Translations under genes and position numbers: made by a program
Notes under the pieces: model-generated
The model's input: the letters and a program-made list of their open reading frames with translations, nothing else
Told to the model about the DNA's origin: nothing
Database searches by the model: none
Shown: piece after piece, positions 59,746 to 64,000 of the stretch
Position numbering within the stretch: the first letter of the stretch is position 1
How the letters are laid out: each line of letters starts with the position of its first letter
Origin: Antedon mediterranea
Taxonomy: Eukaryota > Animalia > Echinodermata
Length of the DNA: 64,000 bases
Assembly: GCF_964355755.1 (NCBI RefSeq)
Contig: NC_092670.1
Span: 17,284,795-17,348,794, forward strand
Reading direction: 5' to 3'

Positions 59746-61368
59746 GGGCCTGTTTCTGCTGCAACTGCTCAAAATACGGTATAAAAATACGGTATAAAAT
59801 ACGGTATTTTTTATACCGTATTTTTTAGTACCCCGTTTCTGCTAACAATACTTCTTGGGTGGTCGTGTTAAATTTCATCTTCTTTACCCAAATTGCCATT
59901 CATTTATTTGATCGATAATTAAAAGTCGCAATAAAGGAAGTTTTACGTCTCACTTTCAACAGCCTAGCCCTAGTGATAGAGATGTTGTGAGAGCACAGAA
60001 AACATCGTAATGGGGACAATTAATTCGTTCCCTCCCCGAGTTATTGTATTTTGCAATATTGTACTGCTTTCGCAGGCTCTTCAGCTTTGAGTTTACTTGC
60101 TTTGGAGACAAGTCTATTCCATACTCCTGCTTTTTTTTTTAGAAATGTCTTTATAAACGTGGTTGTTCCTTTTTATTACCTTTTAGTTGGCCAGACATTT
60201 TAGCTTCCCCACACAAATTTATTTAGTAAAACTATGGCCCTGTTTCTGCTGCCAACTAAATACCGTATATTATACGGTATTTTTTGAATACCGTATATAT
60301 ACGGTATATTTTTGGCAGCAGAAACTGCGCTCATAAAAAATATACCGTATTTTGTATACCATATTTTCCCCACAAAATTTGTGGATAAAATACGGTATTT
60401 ACAAATTTATACCGTATTTTTTGTACCCGTTTCTGCTGCCAATAAAAAATACCGTTTTTTTTTTTTTACATGACAAAAGGTCAGCATTCGTGTTTTTATT
60501 TTCTGTCGCTGTCAGCTGTTTTACACACGTGTATATATATATTCGGCGAAAATGTGGAGCGAAGACGTCACAGTTTTACTAAATAAATTTGTGTGGGGAA
60601 GCTAAAATGTCTGGCCAACTAAAAGGTAATAAAAGGGACAACCACATTTATAAAGACATTTCTAAAATAAAAAAGCAGGAGTATGGAATAGACTTGTCTC
60701 CAAAGCAAGTAAACTCAAAGCTGAAGAGCCTGCGAAAGCAGTACAACATTGCAAAATACAATAACTCGGGGAGGGAACGAATTAATTGTCCCCATTTACG
60801 ATGTTTTCTGTGCTCTCACAACATCTCTATCACTAGGGCTGGCTGTTGAAAGTGAGACGTAAAACTTCCTTTATTGCGACTTTTAATTATCGATCAAATA
60901 AATGAATGGCAATTTGGGTAAAAAAGATGAAATTCAACACGACCACCCAAGAAGTATTGTTAGCAGAAACGGGGTACTAAAAAATACGGTATAAAAAATA
61001 CCGTATTTTATACCGTATTTTTATACCGTATTTTGAGCAGTTGCAGCAGAAACAGGCCCTGTGACGTCTTCGCTCCACATTTTCGCCGAATATATATATA
61101 CACGTGTGTAAAAGAGCTGACAGCGACAGAAAATAAAAACACGAATGTTGACCTTTTGTCATGTAAAAAAAAAATACGGTATTTTTTATTGGCAGCAGAA
61201 ACGGGTACAAAAAATACGGTATAAATTTGTAAATACCGTATTTTATCCACAAATTTTGTGGGGAAAATACGGTATACAAAATACGGTATATTTTTTATGA
61301 GCGCAGTTTCTGCTGCCAAAAATATACCGTATAATATACGGTATTTAGTTGGCAGCAGAAACAGGGCC
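59746..61368. mobile_element. Nested pair of Harbinger-type non-autonomous elements: the outer copy is split by an inverted inner copy at 60236-61059
   Basis: TIRs GG(G/C)CCTGTTTCTGCTGC; outer TSD TAA (59743-59745 and 61369-61371); subterminal ATACGGTAT/ATACCGTAT repeats; A-B-A'-B' inverted architecture. Confidence 0.88.
60589..60849 (+). pseudogene. Myb/SANT-like (trihelix) DNA-binding domain fragment carried by the Harbinger element
   Basis: NHIYKDISKIKKQEYGIDLSPKQVNSKLKSLRKQYNIAKYNNSGRERINCPH resembles the Myb/SANT-like pattern (I..I...G...S..Q...K.K.L...Y......SG......CP). An inverted copy lies at about 59960-60215. Confidence 0.7.
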
Positions 61369-62981
61369 TAAAATGAGCAATTTTTCATTGCATAATTAGA
61401 GTGATAATAAATTATACAGTTAAGTAGCATGCATCTTTCAAGCTTGGTTCCCACTAGGACGCAACTAAGTGCGTAAGCGTAACGCATGTAAAATACTAGA
61501 AACGCAACACAAGTACGTAATGCAACGTAAGTGAATTGACCAATCACAAGCGATGGATTATTCGAACTGCCGCTTGTCAGTGGTTCAAGCTTGCGTTGCG
61601 TTTACGTCCTTGCGTTACGTTCTAGTGGGAACCAAGCTTAATTTGACCAATCACGAGACGCGATGGATCATCCGAACTGTCGCTTTTCATTGATCAATTC
61701 ACTTGCGTTGCATCCAAATGGGAAGCAAGCTTTACCAGTATCAAAACCTGAATTTTATACATTGGTGTTACATAAGAAAATGTCGAAATGAATATTTGAA
61801 ATAACAGGTTATACCTCTATAGCTAGCGACGCAACGCAATCTACGCAACGTAAGAAAATGCCCTTTCAATCATTGTGTTTGCCCCCGCCTGCGTGAAATC
61901 TAACCTGCGATGTTTGCAAGTGAGAACCGACGACGCAGGCGGGTGCAAATACAATGATTGGAAGGGCATTTTCTTACGTTGCGTAGATTGCGTCGCTAGT
62001 GGGAACCAAGCTTTAGAGAAAATCAAGATGAAAACTAAACGAGTGAATGTTCATTTCAAATTTAGTCAGATCATTTCACTTTACTAATTTCTACAGAAGA
62101 AAGGAAAATCATTTAATTGAATGTCTCTTTAAAATATCGTAGAAAAATCAACAACAGAGATCATATTATCAGGCCGCTTTAAGAATTGGCAGCAGAGACG
62201 ACCCTTCACTATGAGGAGTTACTTCATCCCAATCCACTCATGACAAGTATTTGATATATTACGACAGTAATAGAGTTACATAAAGTGTAATTTACAATTT
62301 GAACATAATGATTAATTTGTTATTAAATTCTTTTTCATTATTATATAAAATGACGTCTGTGGCAGTCACTTCTCATCAACAATGTAGCATCAACTGTTTG
62401 CTGTTTTTTCCCTTAGCGTCAATGACGTAACTCGATTAAAAATTAAAGAATATACATTTTTAATAGGTAATGAATGGGATATAAATAGATAATCGACTGT
62501 TGATGAGAAAGAGAAAACAAGATTAAATATATATCTGACGTCAATGGGACTTATATTCACACTCAAAATGACTTAGCGGCCGAGAAGAGAAATAAACTGT
62601 TTATGTTTGAAGAATTTTAAAACCCATTTTTTTGTGAAAGGTAAAGCGTGGTTCCCACTGTTGACGCAACGTAACGCAATCTACGCAACGTAAGCAAATT
62701 CTCTTCCAATAATTGTGTTTGCCCCCGCCTGTGTGAAATCAAACCTGCGATGTTTGCAGCACTGTTGCATCGTCGGTTCCCACTTGTGATTACGCAATAC
62801 AACACTTTGCGTCGATACGTCGCTGCGTTACGTTGCGTTGCGTTCTAGTGAGAACCACGCTTTACAGATAGATACCACAGCTACAGTAAAGATCAAAGTC
62901 ATATAAATTTCAAATAAAAAAGTGCGCATTTGAGGCTTACACGGTCGATTTTAGTGGACAAATGACGTAATTCATAATTAA

Positions 62982-63160
62982 AGCTTGGTTCCCACTATAA
63001 CGTAACGCAATGACGTAAACGCAACGCAAGCGTTTTAACCAATGACAAGCGAAGTTATAGACAGTTAGCAATCAAAAGCGAATAAGCCATCGCTTGTGAT
63101 TGGTCAATTCACTTGCGTTGCGTTACGTCCTTGCGTTGCGTCGCTAGTGGGAACCACGCT
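62982..63160. mobile_element. MITE family B (TIR AGCTTGGTTCCCACTAG, near-palindromic), representative copy
   Basis: AGCTTGGTTCCCACTA...GACCAATCACAAGCG...CGCTTGTGATTGGTC...TAGTGGGAACCA(A/C)GCT. Copies at about 21380-21522, 51870-52020, 52620-52905 (two), 53973-54120, 57360-57580 (two), 59285-59400, 61441-61733 (two), 61808-62013, 62643-62862 and 63205-63350. Confidence 0.88.
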
Positions 63161-64000
63161 TTACCAAGTCGTCGCAAATCGAAAGCTCCCTGTGAGCTTT
63201 GCGCTTGTTTCCCACTAGGACGCAACGCAAGGACGTAGACGTACGCAAGCGAGTTGACCAATGATAAGCGACAGTTCGAATAATCCATCGCGTGTGATTG
63301 GTCTACTCACTTACGTTGCGTTACGTCTGTGTTGCGTTTCTAGTGGGAACTAATCATAAGTGAGTTCGAATCGAATGACCTAACGCATATGGCCTTGTGT
63401 TGCAACCAAGCTTGAGCAATTTTGAAGGCGGCCGAAGCATAGAGAAAATGATGCTAAAAGTTGACCAGCTAACCACATAACATTTTTCTCCATAGCATAA
63501 TTTGCAGTTTCACTAACGAGAGGGCTTTGATTGTATAAGTTCCTTTGATCTCGATCAGCACGTTGTAGCACGTTTGTAACAATATTCACTGCTTAAATCT
63601 TCAGAGAGTAGGCCTACACATAGGAATTGTTTACGCCCTTGTGTTCCATCCAAGTGCGAACGGATTTTTAGCAATTTTGAAGGCGGCAGAAGCAGAAGGA
63701 AAAAGGAGCGGGAATTGGTTGTGAATATTATTGTGAAATTAAGTAATGTGCAAGAATTTAAGACTTTTACATACAAAATACGATGTCCACCACTACTAGC
63801 GACAAATATCGTTTTTGCACGTGCGTTCGTGACCATTTGCAGTTTTGAACACAGTCACCCTAGAGACATCCAGCTCAGTGTCATCAGTGTAAGAAATGAA
63901 GACTTAAGCACTAAATTGCATTATATTTCTATCTATGTACCGATAACCAGATTATAAATGAAAAGAGCTTAAAATAAAATGATCACGTAATCTACTCATT

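Overview
AT-rich, intron-containing animal genomic DNA, probably a non-vertebrate bilaterian; the species cannot be determined from the sequence. Bases 1-50 kb hold five spliced housekeeping genes reconstructed exon by exon by eye: the 5' part of WDR35/IFT121 (-), head-to-head with RPL30 (+); TRAM1 (-), divergent from ZMYND8/PRKCBP1 (+); and YTHDF (-), convergent with ZMYND8. The gap between the last two holds a ~1.9-kb 30-bp minisatellite and a tandem pair of tRNA-like repeats. Bases 50-64 kb contain no recognisable gene and are dominated by palindromic MITEs. Best second-look items: (1) a 21-nt WDR35 microexon with UGC, Rbfox and QKI-type motifs; (2) a GC-AG intron in WDR35; (3) a composite 5S rRNA + tRNA SINE; (4) a young LINE with an endonuclease fragment fused to the RT half, inserted into a MITE; (5) a Harbinger-type Myb/SANT element inserted in reverse into its own sibling; (6) an alternative ZMYND8 first exon; (7) a duplicated decoy 3' splice site in TRAM1. 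I see no convincing new protein-coding system. Comparisons to human genes are from memory and need checking.
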